Shown here: piece after piece, positions 9,977 through 19,228 of the stretch | Layout of the letters: each line of letters opens with the position of its first letter | How positions within the stretch are numbered: the stretch's first letter is position 1 | Virus record (IMG/VR): IMGVR_UViG_3300032241_000811 | Coordinates: 45,581 to 109,580 of that record | Direction: 5' to 3' (one strand) | Length of the DNA stretch: 64,000 nucleotides | Origin: a virus | Notes under the pieces: generated by a model | The model's input: the letters and a program-made list of their open reading frames with translations, nothing else | The model's database searches: none | What the model was told of the DNA's origin: nothing | Position numbers and translations under genes: made by a program

Positions 9977-10878
9977 TGTATCATTATCCTTGTATAAACA
10001 TTTGTGTCAAACCATCTTGTGAATCGGTCCAAGTTGGTAAATCTATTTCCTATTGAACTATGAAATAAAGGCTGTTGGTATATTTGGTTGTATACACTAT
10101 CATTACTGTCTACCAACTCTATTGCTTTAATAAAATCTTCATCACTGGCAAAGTTATGCCTATTGAGAAATGCCAATGGATTGAAATCAACTTCAATTGT
10201 TGGGCTGCCCCAATAGATCGGAATAGTTCCTCCCATATACGCTTCATATAGCTTTTCAGTAGCATAGCCAGGATAGCTGCTGTTTTCATAACAGATGTTG
10301 AACTTATAATCTTTTAGCCATTCCATTTTTGCCTTGGGCGCATTGTCACCATATTCCAATACATGCCCTATATTATTGAACAACGGACCGCCGCTGTCAA
10401 CCTTTTTATATTCGGAAAGCTTATGAAACATATTGTTGCGCATTTGGCAACTAGGATTGCGCACCAAAAAAGAGCAGAACTTAGTCTTTGAGTTTACATC
10501 TTCTGGGCTTCTAATATGACTTTGAGACATATTAGGCCATCCTTTCACCTTGTTATGCCAATCATAGATCACATACAAAGGTAGTCTGTAGTGTGTTTCA
10601 TCCTCAATGTGATCAAAAGAAATAAAGCAATGTGCATCATAGTTCCAGGGTCTTTGGTTCTCACCAGTGTAGAATACCTTGACGACTTTGTTCTTGTCTA
10701 TGTTGAGATTGTTATGCCCAAAGTTACTATCACCAAAGATAACAACCTGAGGATTGTTTTGATCAACAGTAACAGCAAACTTGCTACTCAACACATTTAA
10801 GAAGAACGTGGCGATCTGATTATTGGTATCAGTAAAGCCAAGGCGCAACGGCTTCTTCATCATCTGGAAAATATCCAA
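9973..10878 (-). CDS. GT10 alpha-1,3/4-fucosyltransferase-like protein
   Basis: YTGEN, DSGG and [21 protein letters not shown]10 signature; IPIYWG. Confidence 0.88.
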   Translation of the reverse strand: MDIFQMMKKPLRLGFTDTNNQIATFFLNVLSSKFAVTVDQNNPQVVIFGDSNFGHNNLNIDKNKVVKVFYTGENQRPWNYDAHCFISFDHIEDETHYRLPLYVIYDWHNKVKGWPNMSQSHIRSPEDVNSKTKFCSFLVRNPSCQMRNNMFHKLSEYKKVDSGGPLFNNIGHVLEYGDNAPKAKMEWLKDYKFNICYENSSYPGYATEKLYEAYMGGTIPIYWGSPTIEVDFNPLAFLNRHNFASDEDFIKAIELVDSNDSVYNQIYQQPLFHSSIGNRFTNLDRFTRWFDTNVYTRIMIQ

Positions 10879-11483
10879 TCTTCTTGAACAATTTCTTTTG
10901 TTGATGGGTCATGGTGCTTATAGATCGTATTGACAAGCACATTTGGCTTAAAACCCATGTCTTGCAGAAACTTTGATACTTCATCCTTGAGTGGCGAGCC
11001 TTTGTTGTATTCAACCAAAGACAGTTCAATCATGATGTGCTTTGCTTTTTCAAATGTCTTGGGTCCGCCCTTGATGATGTCAAGTTCAGACCCCTGTGTA
11101 TCCATCTTGATCAACTCAAACTCTTTCTGCTTTTCAAACTTCTTGAGTATGACTTCATCCAAAAGCTTTGTCTGTGTCTTTGAATAATCGTTTTCATTGA
11201 AATACGGAGTATTCTCAAGATAATATGAAACACCAGTTGAAATGAAGTCCTTTGTATTGAAGAACAGCTTGACCTCTTTATGTTCGTCGGAGAGACAAGC
11301 AATCTCATATGGAATGCCAACCCTGCTGAGATGATTGTCACACCAAGGGTTTGCTTCAATCATGAAGATGTCTATGTTGGGAAAGACATACTTTACAGTA
11401 TGGGAGAACCGACCCACATTTGCGCCTATGTCAAGCACACTCAGAATGTTATTGTGGTCGATGAAGTCAATGATTTTCTGCAT
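10860..11483 (-). CDS. FkbM-family SAM methyltransferase
   Basis: LDIGANVG and LIKMDTQGSE. Confidence 0.9.
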   Translation of the reverse strand: MQKIIDFIDHNNILSVLDIGANVGRFSHTVKYVFPNIDIFMIEANPWCDNHLSRVGIPYEIACLSDEHKEVKLFFNTKDFISTGVSYYLENTPYFNENDYSKTQTKLLDEVILKKFEKQKEFELIKMDTQGSELDIIKGGPKTFEKAKHIMIELSLVEYNKGSPLKDEVSKFLQDMGFKPNVLVNTIYKHHDPSTKEIVQEDWIFSR

Positions 11484-11503
11484 AATAAAACTCCGTTACT
11501 GTA

Positions 11504-12454
11504 TTATATAGTGGCGCTGCCGTATAGTGCTTCAACCTTATCCTTGAGTGCAGGCACACGATCATATTGATGCACTATGCAGAATGGTTCATTGTGATCA
11601 TTATAGACTATTCCCTCTTCATCAAAGTGTGGCTGAATGTCTTTATATGCTGCAAGATACTCATCGACCGCTGATGGTTTATGTTGAGCAAGCAAGCCAA
11701 TGTCACCCTTACCTGCATTGATTGCTTGCAGGGTTGCACCAAGTTGTGCAGCCCAGGCATCCACATTTGACAATCTACGCACACCGCTCAGATATGGTTG
11801 TTGATTGATGAGGAAGTTGAACACCGCTTGGTCAACAACAGGAATAGGTCTGTTGATAGACATCTGGAAAATCTGCAACAGAAGGTCTTTGATATATCTG
11901 TATTCACCTGCAAGAACACCAACATTACAAATCATAGCATCTTTCAGATGATTATGAAAGTATGGTCCAAATGCTTCATAGAGGTTTCTATTGTTCCATG
12001 GTTCGTCTTTATAGAGCAAGCCTTCTGCTGAAACAATATACTCATGCCCCATTGAATTATTGATGCGCAGATACTCAGAAGGGTTCAACTGAAACACCAC
12101 ATCGCGGGTGTCTGTTGCTATCACATATGCAAACTGCCCACGGGTAGGCAACTTCTCCAAAAAGTTCCACATATAGAAGAAACGCTCAACATGTGGTGCG
12201 CCATTGCTTTGTGCCTTGAAGCTGCCGTCTTGCTGCTGTGTGCCATAGAGCGAGAGTGTTACACCTTCTGCTACCAGCTTGTCTATTGTCTCTTTTGATA
12301 TGTTGGTTGCTACAAGAGCGATCATACCCTTGAAGCCAGATTTCTTGATTGAGTTGACCCAACACTTCAAATGGTCCCATGTATAGTTGGATGCACCACC
12401 GATGATGATGTCGGGAAAGTTGTTTTCATTGTCTGTCATTATGTGTTCTTCCAT
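11504..12454 (-). CDS. Putative GT-A fold glycosyltransferase
   Basis: TDTRDVVFQ, CNVGV, DQAVFN, VHQYDR motifs. Confidence 0.7.
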   Translation of the reverse strand: MEEHIMTDNENNFPDIIIGGASNYTWDHLKCWVNSIKKSGFKGMIALVATNISKETIDKLVAEGVTLSLYGTQQQDGSFKAQSNGAPHVERFFYMWNFLEKLPTRGQFAYVIATDTRDVVFQLNPSEYLRINNSMGHEYIVSAEGLLYKDEPWNNRNLYEAFGPYFHNHLKDAMICNVGVLAGEYRYIKDLLLQIFQMSINRPIPVVDQAVFNFLINQQPYLSGVRRLSNVDAWAAQLGATLQAINAGKGDIGLLAQHKPSAVDEYLAAYKDIQPHFDEEGIVYNDHNEPFCIVHQYDRVPALKDKVEALYGSATI

Positions 12455-13209
12455 GGTAAGTTGCCTTTATAGTTTTCAAGTTGTATTTTGTTTCCGTTGT
12501 CAAAGAACTCTTTATTGACAGACTTGGGATTGCCATCTAGTCTATAGCAAAGAGTATGCTTGCATGTGGTGTTCCACTTTGATCTGTCTTTTATTGCATA
12601 GAAATACCTGCGATCTTCACCCCAAGGTCCACTATGCCAAAGATGACAGGTTTGCTTGATAAAGTTTCGTGTAAATGCAAAAGAAGATGTATCAACCAAA
12701 TATTGAGGATTATCATGAGTGAAATAGATGGGCCACTTACCCAGGCTCTCACAGTTATCTTCTGCTACAAATTTCTTATCAAGAGAGTATGCAGACCTAA
12801 AAGAGTGTGCCCAATCCAATCCTTCACTCTCAATCAAGTCAATCAGTGTCTCCACATGGTTATCTTGATACCAGTTATCTTCATCAAGAAAGAACACATA
12901 GTCTGAGTTGACAAGATGAGGATAAGCAGCGTATATTCTCTGCCCATTGAAACCATTTGCACCAGTGTTCCATGGAGTAACCGTTGTAATGACCTTTCTA
13001 TAATCTTCTGGTTTACGGTCTTTACGGCTATCAATAGCTTCTATGACATTATCAATGACTGAATCAAAGTGTTCAGGACCATCAGATACAACAAGGTGCT
13101 TGACACCTTCATAAGTTTGATTGAGGATGGATTGAACAGCATCTTGCAGCTTTGCAGAGCCAACTGTTGGGGTGATGACTGTGACTGATTTGAGTATCTT
13201 GAGTTTCAT
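12439..13209 (-). CDS. GT2-family glycosyltransferase
   Basis: VITPT, VSDG, FLDEDN, GEDRRY. Confidence 0.85.
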   Translation of the reverse strand: MKLKILKSVTVITPTVGSAKLQDAVQSILNQTYEGVKHLVVSDGPEHFDSVIDNVIEAIDSRKDRKPEDYRKVITTVTPWNTGANGFNGQRIYAAYPHLVNSDYVFFLDEDNWYQDNHVETLIDLIESEGLDWAHSFRSAYSLDKKFVAEDNCESLGKWPIYFTHDNPQYLVDTSSFAFTRNFIKQTCHLWHSGPWGEDRRYFYAIKDRSKWNTTCKHTLCYRLDGNPKSVNKEFFDNGNKIQLENYKGNLPWKNT

Positions 13210-13241
13210 ATTATATCATTCCATAATGGCAGGACATAGGT

Positions 13242-13270
13242 ATTATATGCCCTGATTCAAGTGTTGTCAA
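13242..13270 (-). promoter_or_regulatory. Consensus sigma70 promoter TTGACA-N17-TATAAT
   Basis: Perfect hexamers, 17-bp spacer, upstream of the GT2-to-GT9 run. Confidence 0.85.
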
Positions 13271-13272
13271 GT

Positions 13273-13310
13273 AAAAAAATAGGAGAGGTCGTTTCTGACC
13301 CCTCCTATTT
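13273..13310 (-). terminator. Intrinsic terminator after hsp20 operon
   Basis: AAATAGGAG.GGTC / GACC.CTCCTATTT stem followed by T-run on minus strand. Confidence 0.75.
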
Positions 13311-13328
13311 AGTAGAGTAATTTATCGG

Positions 13329-13475
13329 TTAGTATGAACTTCGTTTCTCATAAGACATACGATCCCATTCCCTTTGTAGCATTTCAAGGTGAACTATATC
13401 GACGGCTTGTGATAGAAAGTTGTTCATTCTTTCCTGTTCAGTCGGAAAAAACTTTTTGATATACTTTTTTATCAT
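13329..13475 (-). CDS. 48-aa protein coupled to hsp20 (DUF3563-like)
   Basis: Not in track; TAATG overlap with hsp20 stop; MIKKYIKKFFPTEQERMNNFLSQAVDIVHLEMLQREWDRMSYEKRSSY. Confidence 0.6.
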   Translation of the reverse strand: MIKKYIKKFFPTEQERMNNFLSQAVDIVHLEMLQREWDRMSYEKRSSY

Positions 13476-13939
13476 TAGTTTGCCTCATCTTCTTCGGTAA
13501 GAAGTTCTTTCTTGGTAGCGACTGTGTTTACAGGCACCTTCTTTGGCTTCTTCTCTTCCGGAATGAAGCGTTCAAGCCAAATCTTGAGCATACCATTGAT
13601 AAGGTCTGCATTCTTGACTTCAACAGAATCAGCAAGAGTGAACTTGCGAGTGAAGGCACGGTCTGCAATACCCTTGAAGATATAGTCGCTGTTATCCTTT
13701 GCTGTGATGATTCCTGTGATTGTCAAGATACCATCCTGAATTTCAACATCGATGTCTTGCTGGCCAAAGCCAGCGACAGCAATCTCAACGACATAGTGAT
13801 TGTCATTGACCTTGCGGATATTGTATGGGGGATAAGTTGGAATCTTTGGAAGGGTTTCAGTCAGTTCGTTCAGCTTCTTGAACATATCGTCAAAGCCGAC
13901 AGTGGACTTATAAAAGTTGAATGGATCAAATGTATTCAT
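13475..13939 (-). CDS. Small heat-shock protein Hsp20 (IbpA-like)
   Basis: YPPYNI, EIAVAGF, KGIADRAF, NGMLKI; likely start ATG 13939 after AAGGAG. Confidence 0.93.
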   Translation of the reverse strand: MNTFDPFNFYKSTVGFDDMFKKLNELTETLPKIPTYPPYNIRKVNDNHYVVEIAVAGFGQQDIDVEIQDGILTITGIITAKDNSDYIFKGIADRAFTRKFTLADSVEVKNADLINGMLKIWLERFIPEEKKPKKVPVNTVATKKELLTEEDEAN

Positions 13940-14035
13940 GTATATTCTCCTTGTTAAGCGAGTTATGATTTCCTCTCCCATGATGGCAAGAGGTTTGTGC
14001 GCGAGATACGCAATACCTTATTCCCGCGCACAATA
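13940..14035 (-). promoter_or_regulatory. Structured hsp20 leader with ROSE-like SD-occluding hairpin
   Basis: CUCGCUU-AAC-AAGGAG with bulged G, preceded by two further hairpins. Confidence 0.6.
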
Positions 14036-14038
14036 GTA

Positions 14039-14067
14039 TATATAACACATCTCTACAGAAATGTCAA
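14039..14067 (-). promoter_or_regulatory. Sigma70-type promoter TTGACA-N17-TATATA (hsp20)
   Basis: 17-bp spacer. Confidence 0.7.
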
Positions 14068-14083
14068 GTGTTTATGAGATTTT

Positions 14084-14440
14084 TTATGATGATGGGCTGC
14101 CGTCTGAAAAGTTTGCTGAGCCGCTAGAGATAATATGCCCATCATAAGCATCACCAACGCGAGCCAGACCCCTTCCTTCTACTGTTACATGAGCAGAAGC
14201 AGTTGATAATGCAGGAGCGTGTGCAGAGCAGAAGCATCCAAATGGATGGGAAAGCATGGCATCGCCTCGTCTGACAACACCTATTCCATTTATTGTGACA
14301 GTGGAAGAGCCTGCATCTGTTGCTTGAACAGAGGGGGCTAGGCAAGAAGGTGGATCAGTTGGTGGACCGCATGGTGGTGCTGGATTTCCATCGGGAGATT
14401 GAACAGAATCAAATCCACTCTTTCTTGCTACAGCAGGCAT
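14084..14440 (-). CDS. PAAR-domain spike tip protein (gp5.4-like)
   Basis: MPAVAR, GSSTVTING..VRRGD, GLARVGD motifs; Cys/His residues. Confidence 0.85.
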   Translation of the reverse strand: MPAVARKSGFDSVQSPDGNPAPPCGPPTDPPSCLAPSVQATDAGSSTVTINGIGVVRRGDAMLSHPFGCFCSAHAPALSTASAHVTVEGRGLARVGDAYDGHIISSGSANFSDGSPSS

Positions 14441-15075
14441 TATTTTATCCCAGTTGAACCCAGCCCTCCAACTCTATCGGTTTTCTGCGTGGGTTTTGTT
14501 TTTGTTTCTTCTATCGTATAGACTTCAGACTTGACAAGTTCAGCCTGAGCAATACGATCACCATTATTTATTGTAAAATCGGTTTCTGAAATGTTTGTCA
14601 GCAAAACAAAAATCTCATTCACATAGTCTGAATCAATGACGCCTTCAAGATTGGCCAAGACAATACCATTATTATATGACAGACCAGACCTTGGATGAAA
14701 GCGAACTGAGTATCCTTCTGGTATGTCAAAGAACAATCCAGTCGGCACCAAAATTCTATCACCAGGCATAATGCGTATATTACCATAATGCAATGGGCGA
14801 GAGAAAGGCGCACAATATTGGTTTATGCCCTCATATACATGCTTGCCTTCTGCTTGAAACGATAGATCAAAGCAAGCAGACTGCTTTGTAGCAAATGATG
14901 GCAGCTTGATGTTGTCGTTTATCCTATAGATTTTCAAAGAACGAGGCTTGTAGATAAGTTCCTGTAAAGGTATGTGTTTGACTTCACCAGTATATGTGAT
15001 GTTAGTATTTTTTAGGATTTCAGTTAGTTCTATTGTTTTCTTCTTTGTAGATGTCTTGATAGGTTTCTTTGCCAT
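14440..15075 (-). CDS. dut: Trimeric dUTPase
   Basis: SACFDL, PRSGL, GVIDSDY, GDRIAQ, RVGGLGSTG; start likely ATG 15075 (TAATG overlap). Confidence 0.95.
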   Translation of the reverse strand: MAKKPIKTSTKKKTIELTEILKNTNITYTGEVKHIPLQELIYKPRSLKIYRINDNIKLPSFATKQSACFDLSFQAEGKHVYEGINQYCAPFSRPLHYGNIRIMPGDRILVPTGLFFDIPEGYSVRFHPRSGLSYNNGIVLANLEGVIDSDYVNEIFVLLTNISETDFTINNGDRIAQAELVKSEVYTIEETKTKPTQKTDRVGGLGSTGIK

Positions 15076-16103
15076 TATGAAATTCCCAGCCATTCTTTGT
15101 TGTTGAGGTACCAATCACTCACTTGCTTGATGCGATTGGTAAAGGTGATCTTTGGTTGCCATCCCAGCGACTTCATCAAGTCTCCAGACAGTGCATAGCG
15201 CAAGTCATGCCCAGGACGAGATGAATGAAAGTCAACCATTTCATATTTGAGTTCCTTGCCCTGCGCCTCTGCTACCATTTTTGCAAGAGATAGATTATCA
15301 ATTTCTTCTGCACCTACGATATTAAACTTGGGAATGTATGCTCCACCAAAGTCTGGTGGTGTCTTGGGCTTGTTCTGCACCAAGAACATTACGGCATCAG
15401 CAACATCCTTTGCGTGAATGTAGAAGCGTGAGCCTGCTTTAGTCTTTGTCTTGTCAGCATGAATGGTTACAGGTTCACCCAGATGCACCTTGCGTATGCA
15501 CATTGGAATGAACTTCTCTGGTGTCTGCCGTTCGCCAAACACATTCATCGTGTGTGTAATCATAATAGGCAGCTTGTATGTATTCTCAAAAGCAACACAC
15601 ATTTCTTCACCAGCAGCTTTGGTAGCAGCATATGGATTAGAGGAGTTATATCTTGCTCTCTCATCATATCTGACACCAAGAGGTGCAGGTCCAAAGACTT
15701 CATCTGTGCTGAAATAAAGTAACGAATCTAGGTTATCAAGCTGTCTGGCATAGTTCAAGAGATTGACTGTGCCTACCACATTGTCTTGCACAAACTCCAT
15801 TGGGTTCTGAATTGATCTATCCACATGCGATCCAGCAGCAACATGCAGAATGATGTCGGGCTTGCCAATGAGGTTTGCTGTGTGGGCGTTTATTTCAGCG
15901 CGAAGGTCATGAAACACAACCTTTACTCGCTTTCTTTGTTCAGGAGAATATCCTTCAAGTATCTGACTCAGGCGATTGAGATTGCCTGAAAAGTCAAGAC
16001 GATCAAGTGTAATCACATTATAGTCGGTGGTGGCGATAATGGCATCAACAATATGATGCCCAATAAAGCCTGGTCCGCCTGTCAATAATACATTCTTTGT
16101 CAT
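15075..16103 (-). CDS. dTDP-glucose 4,6-dehydratase-like SDR
   Basis: TGGPGFIG, SHVDRSI, STDEVFG, YAATK, RPGHDLRY. Confidence 0.9.
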   Translation of the reverse strand: MTKNVLLTGGPGFIGHHIVDAIIATTDYNVITLDRLDFSGNLNRLSQILEGYSPEQRKRVKVVFHDLRAEINAHTANLIGKPDIILHVAAGSHVDRSIQNPMEFVQDNVVGTVNLLNYARQLDNLDSLLYFSTDEVFGPAPLGVRYDERARYNSSNPYAATKAAGEEMCVAFENTYKLPIMITHTMNVFGERQTPEKFIPMCIRKVHLGEPVTIHADKTKTKAGSRFYIHAKDVADAVMFLVQNKPKTPPDFGGAYIPKFNIVGAEEIDNLSLAKMVAEAQGKELKYEMVDFHSSRPGHDLRYALSGDLMKSLGWQPKITFTNRIKQVSDWYLNNKEWLGIS

Positions 16104-16118
16104 AACAAAAACTTTCTG

Positions 16119-16568
16119 TTAGTAAGTCTTGGGATACTTTGCTTTTACAGCATTGATCTTTGCAACTATATCCTGATACTCAGCAGAGTCAATACCCTTG
16201 CCAATAGCACCCAACTGGTCACCAATAGATGGATATTCAGCACGGCGCAGAGCATAATAGTCAGGCATGTAAGGTTTTACGATCTCTTCCTTTGCAACAT
16301 CACGAGTTCTTGGTTGCCCTGTCATATTATCAATATCGTCTACTGTTTTTGGTGCAGCAGCCCATTGTGCTTCTCTTGCATCAATCTGTGCAGCAACATT
16401 AGCTTCAGCAGTAGCTAGAGATTCCCCTACTGGTGCAAACTGAGGTATATAGATAGCCCAGTTTGGATATGTGTTACCCTTGTAAGTGACATTGAGAAAA
16501 GCAATGTCTCTTGTCTCAGGTGCTGGTGGTGTTTGAACACCGATTAGTTCAAGTGTAATATCAGCCAT
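16119..16568 (-). CDS. Hypothetical protein with RRAEYPSIGDQL...VKAKYPK tail (tail-fibre-associated type)
   Basis: C-terminal motif common in small phage fibre-associated proteins. Confidence 0.55.
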   Translation of the reverse strand: MADITLELIGVQTPPAPETRDIAFLNVTYKGNTYPNWAIYIPQFAPVGESLATAEANVAAQIDAREAQWAAAPKTVDDIDNMTGQPRTRDVAKEEIVKPYMPDYYALRRAEYPSIGDQLGAIGKGIDSAEYQDIVAKINAVKAKYPKTY

Positions 16569-16606
16569 TTTATTTATAATCTCCTATTATATTTCTGTAT
16601 TTATTA

Positions 16607-17959
16607 TTACGGTTTTACGATGTACCATAGGTCTTGTTGAGCATTTTCAATTCTCAAGCCTACGGAATCAGAAAACTTGTTAGCAGCCTTGTTGACATGC
16701 TCTAGCCGAGCAAAGCCATGACCAAACATCAATCCTCCGGACTTGAGTTTCTTCCAATAGTTAGCGCAATCTTTGAGTATCTGGTCATATTCAGAACGAC
16801 CATCAACAAAGACAAAATTGAGTGAGTTATCTTCAAACTGTACCAGAGCATCATCAGAAGATGCCTTGATGAACGTGAAGTTTTGCCGCTTTTCTGTCTT
16901 GCGCAGAAGTTCTTTATAGTGTTCTTCAACAGGCGGAACATGCCCATCATAATCCACATATGACACATAAGGATCAACACCATATAGCTTTAGATTTGTC
17001 ATGGATGACAGCAAGTGTTCTGTTGTGATACCATCTGCTGTGCCTATTTCAAGCCCTGTTATGAGTTGCTGTGTTCCCCATTTCTCTGTTACAAGTTTTG
17101 GAATATCTTGACCTGGAAGCCAACGATCAAAGCCACCCTTTGGATTGTTGATGCCACCTGGCAATCTTGAGAACCAACGATGATCAACAAACTTCTTATC
17201 ATCAATTGTCAATACGCCTGAGGGCTTGATGTTGGTGTAATACTTGTTGAGATTGACATCAGGGTGTGCTGTATACTTGCCCGTGGCGATGTCCATATGC
17301 AGACATTGCACATCTGTATTGACAAGCAGCTTGACACCGCGCTTACGGATTCTATGAACAAAGAAGTTATCTTCGCCAACGAAAGGAATGTCCTCAATAT
17401 CCTTTGCGACAACGCAGAAAGGAAGTTCAGGTTCTTCTTGCTTCATCTTGCGCAGAAGATCAACAGGGATCAACATACAATCCATACCAGTCTGCCATGC
17501 TTCAAGAATCTGCCCAGGATCGACATTAGGTACAACGATATGATTGTCCTTCTTGACAGAAATCATTGCGTGGCTGCACTTGATGTAATACACACCAGTT
17601 ACTACTGAGCCTGGATTCTCTTCTGCTGTTTTGTGAAGTATCTTGAAAGCATCATAAGGCACCACAGTATCGTCACCGATAAAGAACATATACTTTGCGT
17701 CTGAGTCATTGATGACACGCTCAATCAGGTAGTTACGCGCAACGTCAACCATCTCACCAATGACATCAATATAAGCAAAGCTATGCCCCATGACATCAAC
17801 ATGGTTCAAACCATATCCATTGAAAGTCTGTGCTGGGGTATCTTCTTTGGTTCTGCGAGGCTGAGCGATGATCACATAAGGGAATATCTGCTCTGCTTCT
17901 TTCTTGATGTCTCTCAAAGTCTGAATAATCTTTTCACGGCTATACATGGTAAAACTCAC
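16607..17959 (-). CDS. GT2-like glycosyltransferase fused to class I methyltransferase
   Basis: VARN, FIGDD, GEDNFF in N half; LEIGTADG, YGVDP, VFVDG, LKSGG in C half. Confidence 0.8.
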   Translation of the reverse strand: MSFTMYSREKIIQTLRDIKKEAEQIFPYVIIAQPRRTKEDTPAQTFNGYGLNHVDVMGHSFAYIDVIGEMVDVARNYLIERVINDSDAKYMFFIGDDTVVPYDAFKILHKTAEENPGSVVTGVYYIKCSHAMISVKKDNHIVVPNVDPGQILEAWQTGMDCMLIPVDLLRKMKQEEPELPFCVVAKDIEDIPFVGEDNFFVHRIRKRGVKLLVNTDVQCLHMDIATGKYTAHPDVNLNKYYTNIKPSGVLTIDDKKFVDHRWFSRLPGGINNPKGGFDRWLPGQDIPKLVTEKWGTQQLITGLEIGTADGITTEHLLSSMTNLKLYGVDPYVSYVDYDGHVPPVEEHYKELLRKTEKRQNFTFIKASSDDALVQFEDNSLNFVFVDGRSEYDQILKDCANYWKKLKSGGLMFGHGFARLEHVNKAANKFSDSVGLRIENAQQDLWYIVKP

Positions 17960-17981
17960 CTCTCATAATAATGTTGGTAAC

Positions 17982-18010
17982 AGTATATATGTGTTTTTAT
18001 TTTGTGTCAA
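17982..18010 (-). promoter_or_regulatory. Sigma70-type promoter TTGACA-N17-TATACT
   Basis: 17-bp spacer, overlaps regA 3' end. Confidence 0.75.
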
Positions 18011-18413
18011 GTGGTGTCTTGAGTTTTCCAATGTTATATTTTGCAACAAGATTCCACTCTGATTTTTCCTTATGTGCAATGATCTTTATCTGGCTGATCG
18101 GAGCCACTGGGTCTTTGCTTTTTTCAGCGTCTACCAGCTTGACAAGTTCCCATTCGCTCAATAGATTTGCAATGGTATTTCTGCGAGACTTATCTTCATC
18201 TGAGAAGTCGGATTGCTTGCCATCAAGGATGAATAGTTCCTTGAAATGAATGATGTAATACTTGCCCTGCTTGTGTAGTATATGGCACGACTGATACAGG
18301 GTCTTTTCTTTTTTTGATGCCACACCAATACGAGAAAGAGTTTCTTTTACTTTCAGAAAGTCGTCTGGTTTATCTAGTGTCACCTCCAACAGATTTTCTA
18401 TTAGATTTTGCAT
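17997..18413 (-). CDS. regA: Translational repressor RegA
   Basis: DDFLKVKETLSRIGVAS, LYQSCHILHKQGKYYIIHFKELF. Confidence 0.97.
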   Translation of the reverse strand: MQNLIENLLEVTLDKPDDFLKVKETLSRIGVASKKEKTLYQSCHILHKQGKYYIIHFKELFILDGKQSDFSDEDKSRRNTIANLLSEWELVKLVDAEKSKDPVAPISQIKIIAHKEKSEWNLVAKYNIGKLKTPLDTK

Positions 18414-18795
18414 TATTGACGCCACCTTTATTCGTTAGTCTTTTTATTTCGTTTAGCTGGTCGTCTGAAAGGATGTTTATAGCCTCTCTGGCCTTTTCAT
18501 TGGAATAACCGAAGTATTCTTTGACAGCATTCAACCCATCAGTATCCTCCCGCTTCTGCCACTTCTGAAAAGGTCTTTTATACGACCTAATGGTATTTAG
18601 CAGATATTGGAACTGCAAAAGATTGTCGGTGTCTGGCAACTTGTTCATCTCATTGACGAGCATAACACAGTCATAATGAAACGACAAAGCACGATTGACA
18701 ACGAAAGGGTTGTAGTCCCTCTCATTGTCTTTCGTGATCACATGCTGCTTTGTTTGCAGTATAGCCGGTAAGACTTCTTTGAATATGTCAGACAT
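18370..18795 (-). CDS. 62: Clamp loader small subunit gp62
   Basis: YNPFVVNRALS, EYFGYSNEKA; synteny 44-62-regA; start likely ATG 18795. Confidence 0.92.
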   Translation of the reverse strand: MSDIFKEVLPAILQTKQHVITKDNERDYNPFVVNRALSFHYDCVMLVNEMNKLPDTDNLLQFQYLLNTIRSYKRPFQKWQKREDTDGLNAVKEYFGYSNEKAREAINILSDDQLNEIKRLTNKGGVNNAKSNRKSVGGDTR

Positions 18796-19228
18796 TATTA
18801 ACCTTTTCATCAGAAGGAAGATTTTCCAATAGATACCTTAAAGCATTTCTAACGCCTTCAATATTGTCTCCTAGATATCCTATACCAGAGTTACACTGTT
18901 TACATAACCATCCACGAAAGTATGCTTCTCCTTTAGAATCGTAGTGGTGATCAAAAGATAGATTGACGTTGCTTTGTTTTTTTCTGCCACAGCACTCACA
19001 AGCATCAGGCATTTCACGCACTGTAACGTCTAACTTCAGTGCTTTGAGTTCAGTAAAGTATTTGTTCTTACAATCGGTACATCTTGTATCTGGCCAAGTT
19101 CCTAATCTTATAGGAAACAAAGAAACAGCTTTTTCTACACCACAAAGGCTACACGTTCTTTGTGGTTCTTTTTTATTAGTTTCTATTCCCAAGAATCTTT
19201 CTAATGTTGACACTAATACCTCAGACAT
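18788..19228 (-). mobile_element. Free-standing endonuclease VII-type (His-Me finger) homing endonuclease
   Basis: CECCG, FDHHY, FRGWLCKQCNSGIG; inserted between gp44 and gp62; AT-richer. Confidence 0.8.

Noticed and set aside
16571-16578. TATAAATA late promoter
   Set aside because: Lies between SD and start codon in an AT-rich gap, so doubtful as promoter for this gene
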